NCBI GenBank assembly: GCA_031082225.1
Contig: JAVHLG010000006.1
Location: forward strand, 16,467 to 80,466
Source: Desulfovibrionaceae bacterium
GTDB lineage: Bacteria > Desulfobacterota > Desulfovibrionia > Desulfovibrionales > Desulfovibrionaceae
Direction of reading: 5' to 3'
DNA: 64,000 nt
Every line of letters begins with the position of its first letter. The stretch's first letter is position 1. The notes under the pieces were generated by a model. That model was not told the origin of the DNA, made no database searches, and saw only the letters and a program-made list of their open reading frames with translations. Shown in pieces: positions 18,272 to 26,529 of the stretch. A program made the translations under genes and the position numbers.

Positions 18272-18348
18272 CCAGCCCTTTGAATCGGGGTGGCCCTGCC
18301 ATCCATCTCTTGAAACCCACGACTGCAATCGTGGGTTTCGCCTTTTCT
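18272..18348 (+). ncRNA. Candidate ~75-nt small or antisense RNA, from the promoter above to an intrinsic-terminator-like hairpin
   Basis: A perfect 11-bp stem (GAAACCCACGA, loop CTGCAA, TCGTGGGTTTC) spans 18312-18339 and is followed by GCCTTTTCT on the plus strand. The minus-strand reading has no T-tract. No ORF is present. Confidence 0.3.
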
Positions 18349-18495
18349 AGGCCGATCTTTGTTTCGTCTTCGGCATCTCCGTTGACTTGGTTGTCCGAGC
18401 GGCTGGCTCATCAGGACCGGGGCACCACCCCCGGCCGACCGCCCAGGAATCCGGGCGGTTTCGCCAACTCAGGACGGACTGCGTAGCGGACGGAA

Positions 18496-18963
18496 TCAGA
18501 TCCATGCGCATCCCCACGCCTCATCCCCCGCGCATGCGGAACACAGGCCGGGTTCCACCCACGAGCAGCCCCCTGGGCAAGCGTGGAAATCATCGCAGCC
18601 GCACACCCGGCATTTTTTGATGTTGCCAACGGTCGTGGACATCAACGCCTGGGCCTCTTCCGGCGTTGCGGGCTCAAAAACCGGCACGACGTGGCCATCA
18701 TCCGTAATGACCTCCAGCGTATGGATGCGCAGCATTCCGCCAAGGGTCCAATCGCACCCTGGGCCGCCACTGTTGAAACGGCCCTCACAGCAACAATAGG
18801 CCGTGTTCCCGGCATCTTTGCCCTCCATATACTGGACCAGGGATGCAGGGCTTTGGATGTGCCCGCAGTGAGGGCAGCGGAAGGCGAAATGTTCTGACGG
18901 CACATCCTGCGCTTCAAGCCGGGCCTTGAATTCGTCCATGCTGATCTGCACATGCTTCCTCAT
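18496..18963 (-). CDS. Cysteine-rich hypothetical protein (VVA0879-like core plus a CxxCxC tail)
   Basis: I trimmed the start to the ATG at 18963 (MRKHVQISMDEFKARL). The core reads FRCPHCGHIQS...CCCEGRF...GCDWTLGGMLRIHTLEVI. The extra C-terminal module is KKCRVCGCDDFHACPGGCSWVEPGLCSAC. Confidence 0.55.
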   Translation of the reverse strand: MRKHVQISMDEFKARLEAQDVPSEHFAFRCPHCGHIQSPASLVQYMEGKDAGNTAYCCCEGRFNSGGPGCDWTLGGMLRIHTLEVITDDGHVVPVFEPATPEEAQALMSTTVGNIKKCRVCGCDDFHACPGGCSWVEPGLCSACAGDEAWGCAWI

Positions 18964-19280
18964 GTTGCATCTCCGTTGAATTGACTGCCAGGGCGGCTCA
19001 GCCGTTCGTCCCCGGCGCACGAGTATTCGCGGCAGGTCTCCGGTCGATAGGCATAGATCGCGCATCGGCCGTTCTCGTCCAGATAGACACACGTTCCGTC
19101 CGGAAGCCGGTCCAGGTGGATGATGACCGTCCGGTCCGGATTTATCCGGTAGAGTCCGGACAGATGCTCGTCCACGGTCACAGGCACCTTGAATTTCCGG
19201 CAACAGGCCTGGGAGTATGGGCAGGAGATGCAGCACATGCTCGTGCCTGTGAGAAGTGCCGGGCGCGAGAGAGATGTCAT
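18960..19280 (-). CDS. YkgJ-family (UPF0153) zinc/iron Cys-cluster protein
   Basis: 106 aa with the motifs CCISCPYSQACCRKF and GRCAIYAYRPETCREYSC. It has an ATGA overlap with the downstream gene. Confidence 0.7.
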   Translation of the reverse strand: MTSLSRPALLTGTSMCCISCPYSQACCRKFKVPVTVDEHLSGLYRINPDRTVIIHLDRLPDGTCVYLDENGRCAIYAYRPETCREYSCAGDERLSRPGSQFNGDAT

Positions 19281-19876
19281 TCCTCACCTTCGACTTCCTG
19301 AGCATAGGGGGCCGCCGGCTGACGGTAGACCCCGGTCCGGCGGATCGTGGGGAGGACCTCGGACGTGACCCAGCGGCGAAAGGCCCGGGCCTCGTCTTTG
19401 CGGCTGCGGAAGATCAGCGAGTAGAGGCCGGACTCGGAAATGGTGAGCATTTCCTGGCGACCGCCAGAGGTATTCAGGAATTCTGAACCCCTTTCATCCT
19501 CATCCAATCCTCGTGTGGCCTCGGTCACATTCCCCAATTCCAGCACCCGGCAAACGTCCTTGGCCACGAACCAGGGGTTCCCCTGGGCATCGAGCTTGGC
19601 CCGGACCAGCTCGTCCCCGAATGCAAAAGGGATAATGCCTTCCTTCTGGACGGGCGCGGGGATCGGGCTTGGTTCCACCAAATCCGTCATCCGCCCGCTA
19701 CGGACGGAGCAGAGAAAATCCTCAAGCGACCAGGCGCTCGACAGATGCCCACCGGCCTTGAGCAGGCGAAAGGCCTCTTCCAGGTCGATACCGTGGAGTT
19801 GGACGACGATCCGTTTGAAGAGGCGAACATAGCTTTTGTCGGAAACAAGAAGCACGAATTCAGTGGGTTGTTTCAT
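19277..19876 (-). CDS. Bro-N domain protein with the Bro-N domain in the C-terminal half
   Basis: Residues from about 80 to 190 (IIPFAFGDELVRAKLDAQGNPWFVAKDVCRVLELGN...SESGLYSLIFRSRKDEARAFRRWVTSEVLPTIRRTG) match the Bro-N/antirepressor pattern. The N-terminal 80 aa are unassigned. Confidence 0.7.
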   Translation of the reverse strand: MKQPTEFVLLVSDKSYVRLFKRIVVQLHGIDLEEAFRLLKAGGHLSSAWSLEDFLCSVRSGRMTDLVEPSPIPAPVQKEGIIPFAFGDELVRAKLDAQGNPWFVAKDVCRVLELGNVTEATRGLDEDERGSEFLNTSGGRQEMLTISESGLYSLIFRSRKDEARAFRRWVTSEVLPTIRRTGVYRQPAAPYAQEVEGEE

Positions 19877-19885
19877 GAAGGAGCC

Positions 19886-20215
19886 CTCCGGCGTGCGACC
19901 GCCCCGCCGAATGCGGGGCGGTCAGCGTTAAGGGTTGGGAGGCAAGCGCTGGACGGGAAAGATGCGTTTCTGACGGAAGAGGAAGATGCAGGGAATAATT
20001 CACTCTCACGCCGTGCGACCGCCCCGCCAGATGCGGGGCGGTCAGCGTTGGAGGGTAGGGTGGCAAGCGAAAGGCGGGAAAAGGAGTTTCTGAAGGGAGA
20101 CGAGGGCGAAGGAGATATAACCCTCTGACGCCGGGCGACCGCTCCGCCAAATGCGGAGCGGTCAGCGTTGGAGGGTTGAGTGGATGGCGCGAAAGGGGTA
20201 AAAAAGGAGCAATCG
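19886..20215. repeat. Three tandem 120-bp repeats, each with a GC-rich 11-bp-stem hairpin
   Basis: The core GCGACCGCCCCGCC starts at 19895, 20015 and 20135, an exact 120-nt period. The hairpin is GACCGCCCCGC, a 5-nt loop, then GCGGGGCGGTC. The third copy carries paired C>T and G>A changes that keep the stem. Confidence 0.85.
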
Positions 20216-20281
20216 AAATGGCAGTCGTCGAGGAAAGCCACGCAGGCTGAACGGGAAAGAGAAGCTAGACGGGCAAACAGG

Positions 20282-20332
20282 GAAAGAAAATAGAAAAGCA
20301 CGGTAACTGCCTGCGAAAGCAGACAATTACCG
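20282..20332 (-). terminator. Intrinsic terminator downstream of tRNA-Glu
   Basis: A 14-position stem with 12 pairs and a GAAA loop spans 20301-20332. On the minus strand it is followed by TGCTTTTCTATTTTCTTTCC. Confidence 0.6.
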
Positions 20333-20345
20333 CGCTGATAGATTC

Positions 20346-20421
20346 TGGCGTCCCCAAGGGGGTTTGAACCCCTGTTCCCGGCGTGAGAGGCCGACGTCCT
20401 AGGCCACTAGACGATGGGGAC
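20346..20421 (-). tRNA. tRNA-Glu, anticodon CUC
   Basis: The reverse complement GTCCCCATCGTCTAGTGGCCTAGGACGTCGGCCTCTCACGCCGGGAACAGGGGTTCAAACCCCCTTGGGGACGCCA folds as a cloverleaf. The anticodon loop is CUCUCAC and the CCA end is encoded. Confidence 0.9.
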
Positions 20422-20426
20422 GCATA

Positions 20427-20502
20427 TGGTGGGCCGTGCTGGGATCGAACCAGCGACTCTCTGCTTAAAAGGCAGATACTCTACCGCCTGAGTTAACGGC
20501 CC
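20427..20502 (-). tRNA. tRNA-Lys, anticodon UUU
   Basis: The reverse complement GGGCCGTTAACTCAGGCGGTAGAGTATCTGCCTTTTAAGCAGAGAGTCGCTGGTTCGATCCCAGCACGGCCCACCA folds as a cloverleaf. The anticodon loop is CUUUUAA and the CCA end is encoded. Confidence 0.9.
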
Positions 20503-20516
20503 ACGCGGAAACAGGC

Positions 20517-20545
20517 TTCCTAATCCCATGCCCGCCCCCTGTCAA
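20517..20545 (-). promoter_or_regulatory. Possible promoter of the tRNA-Lys/tRNA-Glu pair
   Basis: On the minus strand there is a perfect TTGACA (20545-20540), a 17-nt spacer and a weak -10 TAGGAA (20522-20517). It lies about 15 nt upstream of the tRNA-Lys 5' end. Confidence 0.35.
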
Positions 20546-20844
20546 GGGCAATTCCCGCGCGGCCATCATCCCGAGCCCGGCCGAGGTGAATGCTTAATCA
20601 AATCCAGGCCCCGCGTCCATCGGAAAATGCGCCTCCGGGCTGCGCCGTCTCCAGGCCTCCGGCCCCACTGCCTGACCACGCCTCGCGGTGGCGAAGGCCG
20701 CAGGGCAGCCGGGAATTGGCCGCAACCGCCTCAAACCGCGGGTTCTTGTGGAACCAAGGGCTGGCGTTTTGGGAAAGGCCCTGCCCCACGGCCACCGCAG
20801 TTTCCCCTGGCGCGCCGGACGCCGCCGGTATATGAGCCCTGGGC

Positions 20845-21795
20845 ATGGATATGGCCGAACTGTGGCGCACGTTGGTGTGGCCCCTGACCCGTCTGCTGGT
20901 GTCGTTGTCCGTGGGCCTTTTGGTGGCCAACCTCATTGAGGCCCTCAACTGGACCCGCTTCATGGCCCGCTTCGCCGCCCCGCTCATCCGCCTGGGGCAC
21001 ATGAAGGACGTGGTGGGGGCCAGCTTCTCCATGGGCTTTTTCTCCGGCATGGCCGCCAACACCATGCTCGCCGAGGCCTACGCCGAAAAGCGCCTCACCC
21101 CGCGCGAACTGGTCCTGGCCAACCTCTTCAACAGCCTGCCCACCTACTTCCTGCATCTGCCCAACATGTTCTTCATCACCGCGCCCTTTCTGGGCTCGGC
21201 CGCCTTTCTCTACGTGGGTCTGACCCTTCTGGCCGCCATCCTGCGCACCCTGGGCATCCTATTCGTGGGCCATCTGCTCCTGCCGCCTTTGCCCGAGGGG
21301 TGCGTGGTCTGCCACCTGGGCGAGGACCGGGTGACGCTGGCAAGCGCCCTGAAAAAAAGCTGGTTCCGCTTCAAGCGCCGCATCAAAACCATCGCCCTGT
21401 TCACCATCCCCACCTATGTGGGCATTCACTTCTTAAGCACCCACGGCTTTTTCGGCTACCTGGAAGGGCTCGTTTCCGAACACCTGGGGGACCTGCCCTG
21501 GCTGTCGCCCCAGGCCATAAGCATCGTCATCTTCCACATGGCCGCCGAGTTCACGGCCGGACTGGCTGCGGCCGGGGCCCTGCTCGGCGCGGGCGACCTG
21601 GACGTCAAGCAGGTGGTCATGGCGCTTCTGGTGGGCAACGTGCTGTCCACGCCCATGCGCGCCTTCCGCCACCAGTTCCCCTATTATGCAGGCATCTTCA
21701 AACCGGCCATGGCCATGCGGCTCATCGCCTGGAACCAGGCCTTCCGGGCCGCCACCATCATCATCGTGGCCGTGGGCTACTTCTACCTGGGATAG
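20845..21795 (+). CDS. Nucleoside-recognition (FeoB gate-like) domain membrane protein
   Basis: 316-aa polytopic membrane protein. Segments such as GASFSMGFFSGMAANTMLAEAY and VGNVLSTPMRAFRHQFPYY resemble the nucleoside recognition domain family. Confidence 0.55.
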   Translation: MDMAELWRTLVWPLTRLLVSLSVGLLVANLIEALNWTRFMARFAAPLIRLGHMKDVVGASFSMGFFSGMAANTMLAEAYAEKRLTPRELVLANLFNSLPTYFLHLPNMFFITAPFLGSAAFLYVGLTLLAAILRTLGILFVGHLLLPPLPEGCVVCHLGEDRVTLASALKKSWFRFKRRIKTIALFTIPTYVGIHFLSTHGFFGYLEGLVSEHLGDLPWLSPQAISIVIFHMAAEFTAGLAAAGALLGAGDLDVKQVVMALLVGNVLSTPMRAFRHQFPYYAGIFKPAMAMRLIAWNQAFRAATIIIVAVGYFYLG

Positions 21796-21917
21796 GGCCG
21801 CCTGACGCCGCGCTTGCCTCGCGGCGCGACCCGGGGCACACTGGGTCCGTTTCGGACCTGCAACCGCCACGGCGACCGGGCCTCCCGCAACCGCCCGGCC
21901 CGACAACGAGGTTCGCC

Positions 21918-22988
21918 ATGATTCCCGGCTCCCCCTCCCCCGCCCCCCGGACCGTCAAGGTCCGGCTTGTCAGCGGCCCCCTGGACTATCTGCGCCTGGC
22001 CCTGCGCGTGCTGTTCTGGGGCCTTGTGCTTTTCGTGGCGTTTTCGGCCTTCGAGACCGACAGCTTCACGGACAAGGGACATGTGGCCTATCTCGACGCC
22101 GCTTTCGAAGAGGTGGCCTGGGAGGACATCGGCGCGGACGACACCGTGGTGGGACTGGTGGAGCTTTCCGGGACCATCGCCAGCTTTGCCGATTCCGATG
22201 TGCTTGCCAGCCAGGGCGGGACGGTGACCCCGGAGGTGGTGCGCGACGCCTTGTCGGTCATGCGCGCGGAAGGCGGGCTGTCCGGACTGGTGATCCGCTT
22301 CGAGACCCCGGGCGGCGAGGTGGCGGCCTCGGACGAGATCCGCAACATCCTGGCCACGTTCAAGGCCCGGGAAGAGATCCCCCTGTATTTCTATTCGAGC
22401 TTCGTCCTGGCGTCCGGCGGCTATTATGCGGCCTGCGCCGCAGACAAGGTGTTCGCGGCCAAAAACGCCGAGGTGGGCAGCATCGGGGTGATCATTGAGA
22501 TGCTCAATTTCCGCAAGCTGGCCACGGACACCCTGGGCGTGAACATGAAGGTCTACAAAAGCGGCGAATTCAAGGACATGGGCAATCCCTTCCGCGATCC
22601 CACCCCGGCCGAGGAGACCCTCCTGGCCCGGGACGTGCGGGAGAGCATGGACGAATTCGTGGCCGAGGTGGCCAAAAGCAGGGACATCCCCGTCGCCCGG
22701 GTGCGTGAGAAGCTGGGCACGGGCGAGGTCTGGAGCGGCAGACGGGCCAAGGAACTGGGGCTGGTGGACGAGGTGCTGTATCCCGAGGAACTGGCCGCCC
22801 GGCTCAAGACCGAGACCGGGGCCAAGGGCCAGGTGTTCTACGCCGCCTACCGGCCGCCCACGGGGCTGTGGCATACCCTGCAGACCGGGGTCCATGCCGC
22901 CCTGGCCGCCGTCGTGCCCAGGCTGCCCCTTCCGGTCTCCCGCCAGGGGTTCCACTCGCCCCGGCTGTACTACCTGCTTCCCCGGTAG
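21918..22988 (+). CDS. sppA: Signal peptide peptidase SppA (S49 family)
   Basis: I trimmed the start to the ATG at 21918 (MIPGSPSP...). The protein has an N-terminal TM segment. S49 motifs are PGGEVAASDEI, ASGGYYAACAADKVFA and GSIGV. Confidence 0.75.
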   Translation: MIPGSPSPAPRTVKVRLVSGPLDYLRLALRVLFWGLVLFVAFSAFETDSFTDKGHVAYLDAAFEEVAWEDIGADDTVVGLVELSGTIASFADSDVLASQGGTVTPEVVRDALSVMRAEGGLSGLVIRFETPGGEVAASDEIRNILATFKAREEIPLYFYSSFVLASGGYYAACAADKVFAAKNAEVGSIGVIIEMLNFRKLATDTLGVNMKVYKSGEFKDMGNPFRDPTPAEETLLARDVRESMDEFVAEVAKSRDIPVARVREKLGTGEVWSGRRAKELGLVDEVLYPEELAARLKTETGAKGQVFYAAYRPPTGLWHTLQTGVHAALAAVVPRLPLPVSRQGFHSPRLYYLLPR

Positions 22989-23480
22989 GGGGTCGGCCCG
23001 TACGGCCTGACGCTGGCCCTCAAGGCCCTCCCGGGCCACATCAGCCCCCTGCGTCAACGTGCGCAATCAGAATGCAGGCATGATGTGAGGCGTCATATCT
23101 TCCTACGACGCGAACACGTCTTCGCTTAATGCATACTATCGCACGAGTTATAACAGATGCACCATTCTGTGGACTTTTTTTTATTTCCCCCTGCCGACGA
23201 AATTTTTATTGCCATCTGTTCCAATCCAAAATACGATATTTTCAAAGAGCATTTCACTTCATCTCCGGCCGCTGTCCTCCGGCCAGTCACCACGGCGCTG
23301 CTGAGTGTGCTGCTTCAGCAGTGAGGCGGAACGCCCGGTACGGTCGGCCCGTGGCGAGGGGCTCCTCCTGGGCCTGCCCTGGAGGCGTTCCAAATGGACA
23401 TGACCGGGACGCACAAGATGCCCGGCGCGTCACGGCAAATTTCTTCATGAACGAAATCACCACGCCGACAGGAGCGCCCC

Positions 23481-25703
23481 ATGTCAACGCCGCCATGCCG
23501 TGTCTTCCCACGCCTCGCCCTGCTGTGCCTGGCGTCCGTCCTGGCCCTGGCCCTGCTCGCACCCTTCCCTGCTGCGGCCAGAAACCCCGACGTCTCAAGC
23601 TGGATGGTCAACCTGTCGTCCGGCAGTGCGATGGAAGACAACGCCAACACCCATCGCTCGCCGGAAATTGCCGTGGTCGGCGACACCGTTCACGCCGTAT
23701 GGGTGACCGAAAGCTCCGATATCTGGCAAATCTGGTACCGCCGTTCCCTGGACGGAGGCTCCACCTGGCAGGAGCGGGTCAAGATCGCCGAGGGCGGCCC
23801 AAACGACATCGACATCGACGAGACGCACAAACGTCTCGCGGTCAGCGGCACGACCGTGCATATCGCTTTCACCGGAACGAACTGGTCTTCGCCCTGGGCA
23901 GGCACATTGTCCTACAGTCGCTCCACGAACAACGGGGCCAGCTTCGAAGCCACCCAAATCCTCTCCCAGACCACCGGCTGCACACTGACAAACAGTTACA
24001 TCGTAAGCGAGGGAATAAACGTCTCCATCGCCCTGCGACTGCGGTCCGGAAGCGGCTACAAACGCGATTCCGGAGAGCTCTTCACGTCCGCAAACGACGG
24101 CGCCTCGTTCACCCACACGCAGATTTTCGAATACGCACACAACGACCCCCCCTATGCCGGGGCGACCGTGTACGACATCCTGCGTTCCGGATCGAACGTC
24201 TACGTCATGTACAACACCTACAACGGCAGGGGATGTAGCTATGAAGGCGAATCCAGGATGTTTCTGGCCTCGTCGACAAATTCCGGAGCCTCGTTTGGCC
24301 AGTCGCTGCTGTCCATTCCCCAGTCCGACGGCTGCTACAAGGCCTCCAGCGGACAGGCATCGCACTATGTGTCCAAAATAGCGGCCGTGGATTCCACCGT
24401 TGCGGCCACATGGACGGGCACCAACACGGACGGCATCCGGACGGTCTTTTATCGCAGGTCCACAAACAACGGGGCCGACTTCCAGTCGCCCATCGAACTG
24501 TACGTCCAGTCGGGCGGCACGGAGATCTCGCCCGGGCAGGAGACCATCAAGGCCAAGGGCTCCATGACCTACGCCATGTGGACGACCACCGGGGCATTGA
24601 TTCCCTTCCGGGCCTCCCTCGACGGCGGCGTCTCCTTCCAGCCCGCCGTGGAGGCCTCCCCGAACGGCTGGTGGCCCCTCATCGACATCGACCCCACCGT
24701 GCCTGACGGCTCGCAGGCCCACCTGTTCTGGCAGGGCAACCTGCGTACGGCCACCAATGGCGGCGCCGCCCTGGGCGGCAAGGCCTATCTCTTCCCGTTT
24801 TTCCGCTTCTCGGCGCTGCGTCGGGAACAGGTGGCCAGCGGCGCGGACGGTTCCCTGCATTACGTCATGGGCGGACTGTTCCACTCCCAGTCCCTGTGCG
24901 GCGGCAACTGCCGGGAGGACATCTTCTATCGCCGCCACTCCTTCACGCCCCCCGCCCCCTCCCAGTCCACAAACCTGCGCGTCATTTCGGATAGAAGCGT
25001 CCCCTTCGAGGAGCGCTTCGACAACATGCACGTTCCCACCACGGCCGACGTGGCCCCGGCCGGGGCCTTCACCCTCGAACTGTGGGTCAAGCCCGCCCAG
25101 GGCGGCGCGGACACCGGTTACACCAACGTCTACCGCCCCGTGGCCTTCAAGCCCTATGGGAACGGCTACTCCTACGCCCTGGGCACCATCATCGCCCACC
25201 AGGGCGGCAGCCCCGCCTCGGACAGGATCATCACCGCCGAGATCACCACGGCGAATGGAACCTACCGCATAAACGACCAATATGCCGACACGGGATACGT
25301 GCCCTATGGCCAGTGGGCGCATCTGGCCATGACCTACAATCCGGCGGCTGGCGCAAACAACTTCAGGCTCTACCTCAACGGCGTCCTCATCGACTCGACT
25401 TCGGCCAGCGGCGCCGTCCTCTCCGACGGCAACCCCTTCGAGGCCGGTCACTACGGAAACTGGGATCTGGACGACCTGCGGATATGGAACAGGGCCTTGA
25501 CCCAGGCCGAGATCGTCGCGAGCAAAAACACGCGGCAAACCGCCGCCTCCGGCCTCGTGGCCAACTACACCTTCAACAACACCGCCAAGGACATCACCAA
25601 CCGGGGCAACAACGGCATCCTCATGTTCAAGGAGCAATACGTTCCGGACTCGCGCCCGACGGTCAGCACCGCCGGGCAGACCGTGCTGCTGCTTGGCGAC
25701 TGA
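23481..25703 (+). CDS. Secreted Asp-box (BNR) repeat protein with a C-terminal LamG/concanavalin-like domain
   Basis: It has a signal peptide (LALLCLASVLALALLAPFPAAA). Asp-boxes are SLDGGSTW, SANDGASF, STNSGASF, STNNGADF and SLDGGVSF. The C-terminal FTLELWVKP...FRLYLNGVLID...DDLRIWNRALTQAEI is LamG-like. Confidence 0.7.
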   Translation: MSTPPCRVFPRLALLCLASVLALALLAPFPAAARNPDVSSWMVNLSSGSAMEDNANTHRSPEIAVVGDTVHAVWVTESSDIWQIWYRRSLDGGSTWQERVKIAEGGPNDIDIDETHKRLAVSGTTVHIAFTGTNWSSPWAGTLSYSRSTNNGASFEATQILSQTTGCTLTNSYIVSEGINVSIALRLRSGSGYKRDSGELFTSANDGASFTHTQIFEYAHNDPPYAGATVYDILRSGSNVYVMYNTYNGRGCSYEGESRMFLASSTNSGASFGQSLLSIPQSDGCYKASSGQASHYVSKIAAVDSTVAATWTGTNTDGIRTVFYRRSTNNGADFQSPIELYVQSGGTEISPGQETIKAKGSMTYAMWTTTGALIPFRASLDGGVSFQPAVEASPNGWWPLIDIDPTVPDGSQAHLFWQGNLRTATNGGAALGGKAYLFPFFRFSALRREQVASGADGSLHYVMGGLFHSQSLCGGNCREDIFYRRHSFTPPAPSQSTNLRVISDRSVPFEERFDNMHVPTTADVAPAGAFTLELWVKPAQGGADTGYTNVYRPVAFKPYGNGYSYALGTIIAHQGGSPASDRIITAEITTANGTYRINDQYADTGYVPYGQWAHLAMTYNPAAGANNFRLYLNGVLIDSTSASGAVLSDGNPFEAGHYGNWDLDDLRIWNRALTQAEIVASKNTRQTAASGLVANYTFNNTAKDITNRGNNGILMFKEQYVPDSRPTVSTAGQTVLLLGD

Positions 25704-25936
25704 TCCGGCCAACGCCTTCCATCCGGCCAGGCTGCGGCGTATCGCGACGCCGTGGCCTGGCCGGTGCGGTTCCAGGGTTTATAATCCCACGGGCGTCCCT
25801 GCACCGGCCCGGAAACGGCACGCGTCTTGCCAGAACGCACACTGCACATCATATGCATGTCGCTGTTGCGACAGGGGACGCGCCATGTACTGGCGAAATA
25901 TCTCCGTCACACATGCCATGCCTGCGGGACAATGCC

Positions 25937-25996
25937 TCCGATCACTTCCGATCGCTTCCGATCGCTTCCGGCCGCCTCCGATCGTCTCCGGCCGCA
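25937..25996. repeat. Six tandem 10-bp repeats (consensus TCCGATCGCT)
   Basis: The units are tccgatcact, tccgatcgct, tccgatcgct, tccggccgcc, tccgatcgtc and tccggccgca. The array is intergenic, about 130-180 nt upstream of the STAS gene. Confidence 0.8.
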
Positions 25997-26167
25997 CGCC
26001 CGCGTTCCCCCACGCTCCGGCACGAGGCGACAGCCTCTCCAGGCAGGCGGGACATACCTGAACCCTTCGACGGCCTTAGGCATCTCTGTACTTTCTCCGA
26101 CCAACTGCGTATGCATGGCGTGACGATGGAGAGCACATCGACCCCCAGAGCGTTCCCCTGCCCCTTG

Positions 26168-26509
26168 ATGGAGACCCTTATGGACAACCCGCTGCGACGG
26201 GAATTGCCGCAGGGCATCGTGGTCCTCACCGCCGGAACCCGTCTGGATTCGACCAACGCGGCCGATTTCAAGAAACGCTTTCAGGCCGAGGCGGGCCGCG
26301 TCGTCCTGGACATGTCGGCCCTCGAATTCATCGACAGCATGGGCCTGGGGGCCCTGGTCATCGCCCTGAAGACCATCCTGGCCAAGGGCGGCGACATCCG
26401 GCTGGCCTCGCTTCCCCCCGAGGTCAGAAGCCTTGTCGAGCTCACGCGCCTGGACAAGATCTTCGACATCCATGAAACCGTGGACACGGCCGTTGCCAGC
26501 TACGCCTGA
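26168..26509 (+). CDS. STAS-domain anti-sigma-factor antagonist (SpoIIAA/RsbV-like)
   Basis: The sequence LDMSALEFIDSMGLGALVIALK contains the conserved phosphorylatable Ser context. The start is uncertain: candidate ATGs are at 26126, 26168 and 26180. Confidence 0.75.
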   Translation: METLMDNPLRRELPQGIVVLTAGTRLDSTNAADFKKRFQAEAGRVVLDMSALEFIDSMGLGALVIALKTILAKGGDIRLASLPPEVRSLVELTRLDKIFDIHETVDTAVASYA

Positions 26510-26529
26510 CCTGCGGCGGGCCGCCGCCC

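Larger units (their letters stand above)
1..20345. mobile_element. tRNA-proximal ~20 kb of an integrative conjugative element (continues beyond the left edge)
   Basis: There is an uninterrupted minus-strand block of conjugation genes (Trb T4SS plus type IVb pilus). GC is visibly lower than the DNA right of 20.5 kb. The block ends directly 3' of tRNA-Glu. The integrase and the other att site are not in the window, so the boundary is inferred. Confidence 0.7.

Noticed and set aside
19886-20215. Whether the 120-bp repeats form a CRISPR array.
   Set aside because: There are only three units and the period is 120 nt. The inter-core segments are themselves homologous to each other, so they are not unique spacers. 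No cas genes are present.
19873-20301. A 142-aa minus-strand ORF with the repeated peptide ADRxAFGGAVARR.
   Set aside because: The peptide repeat is simply the translation of the three 120-bp DNA repeats. There is no SD or start context, and the conserved feature is a base-paired stem with a compensatory change, not a codon pattern.
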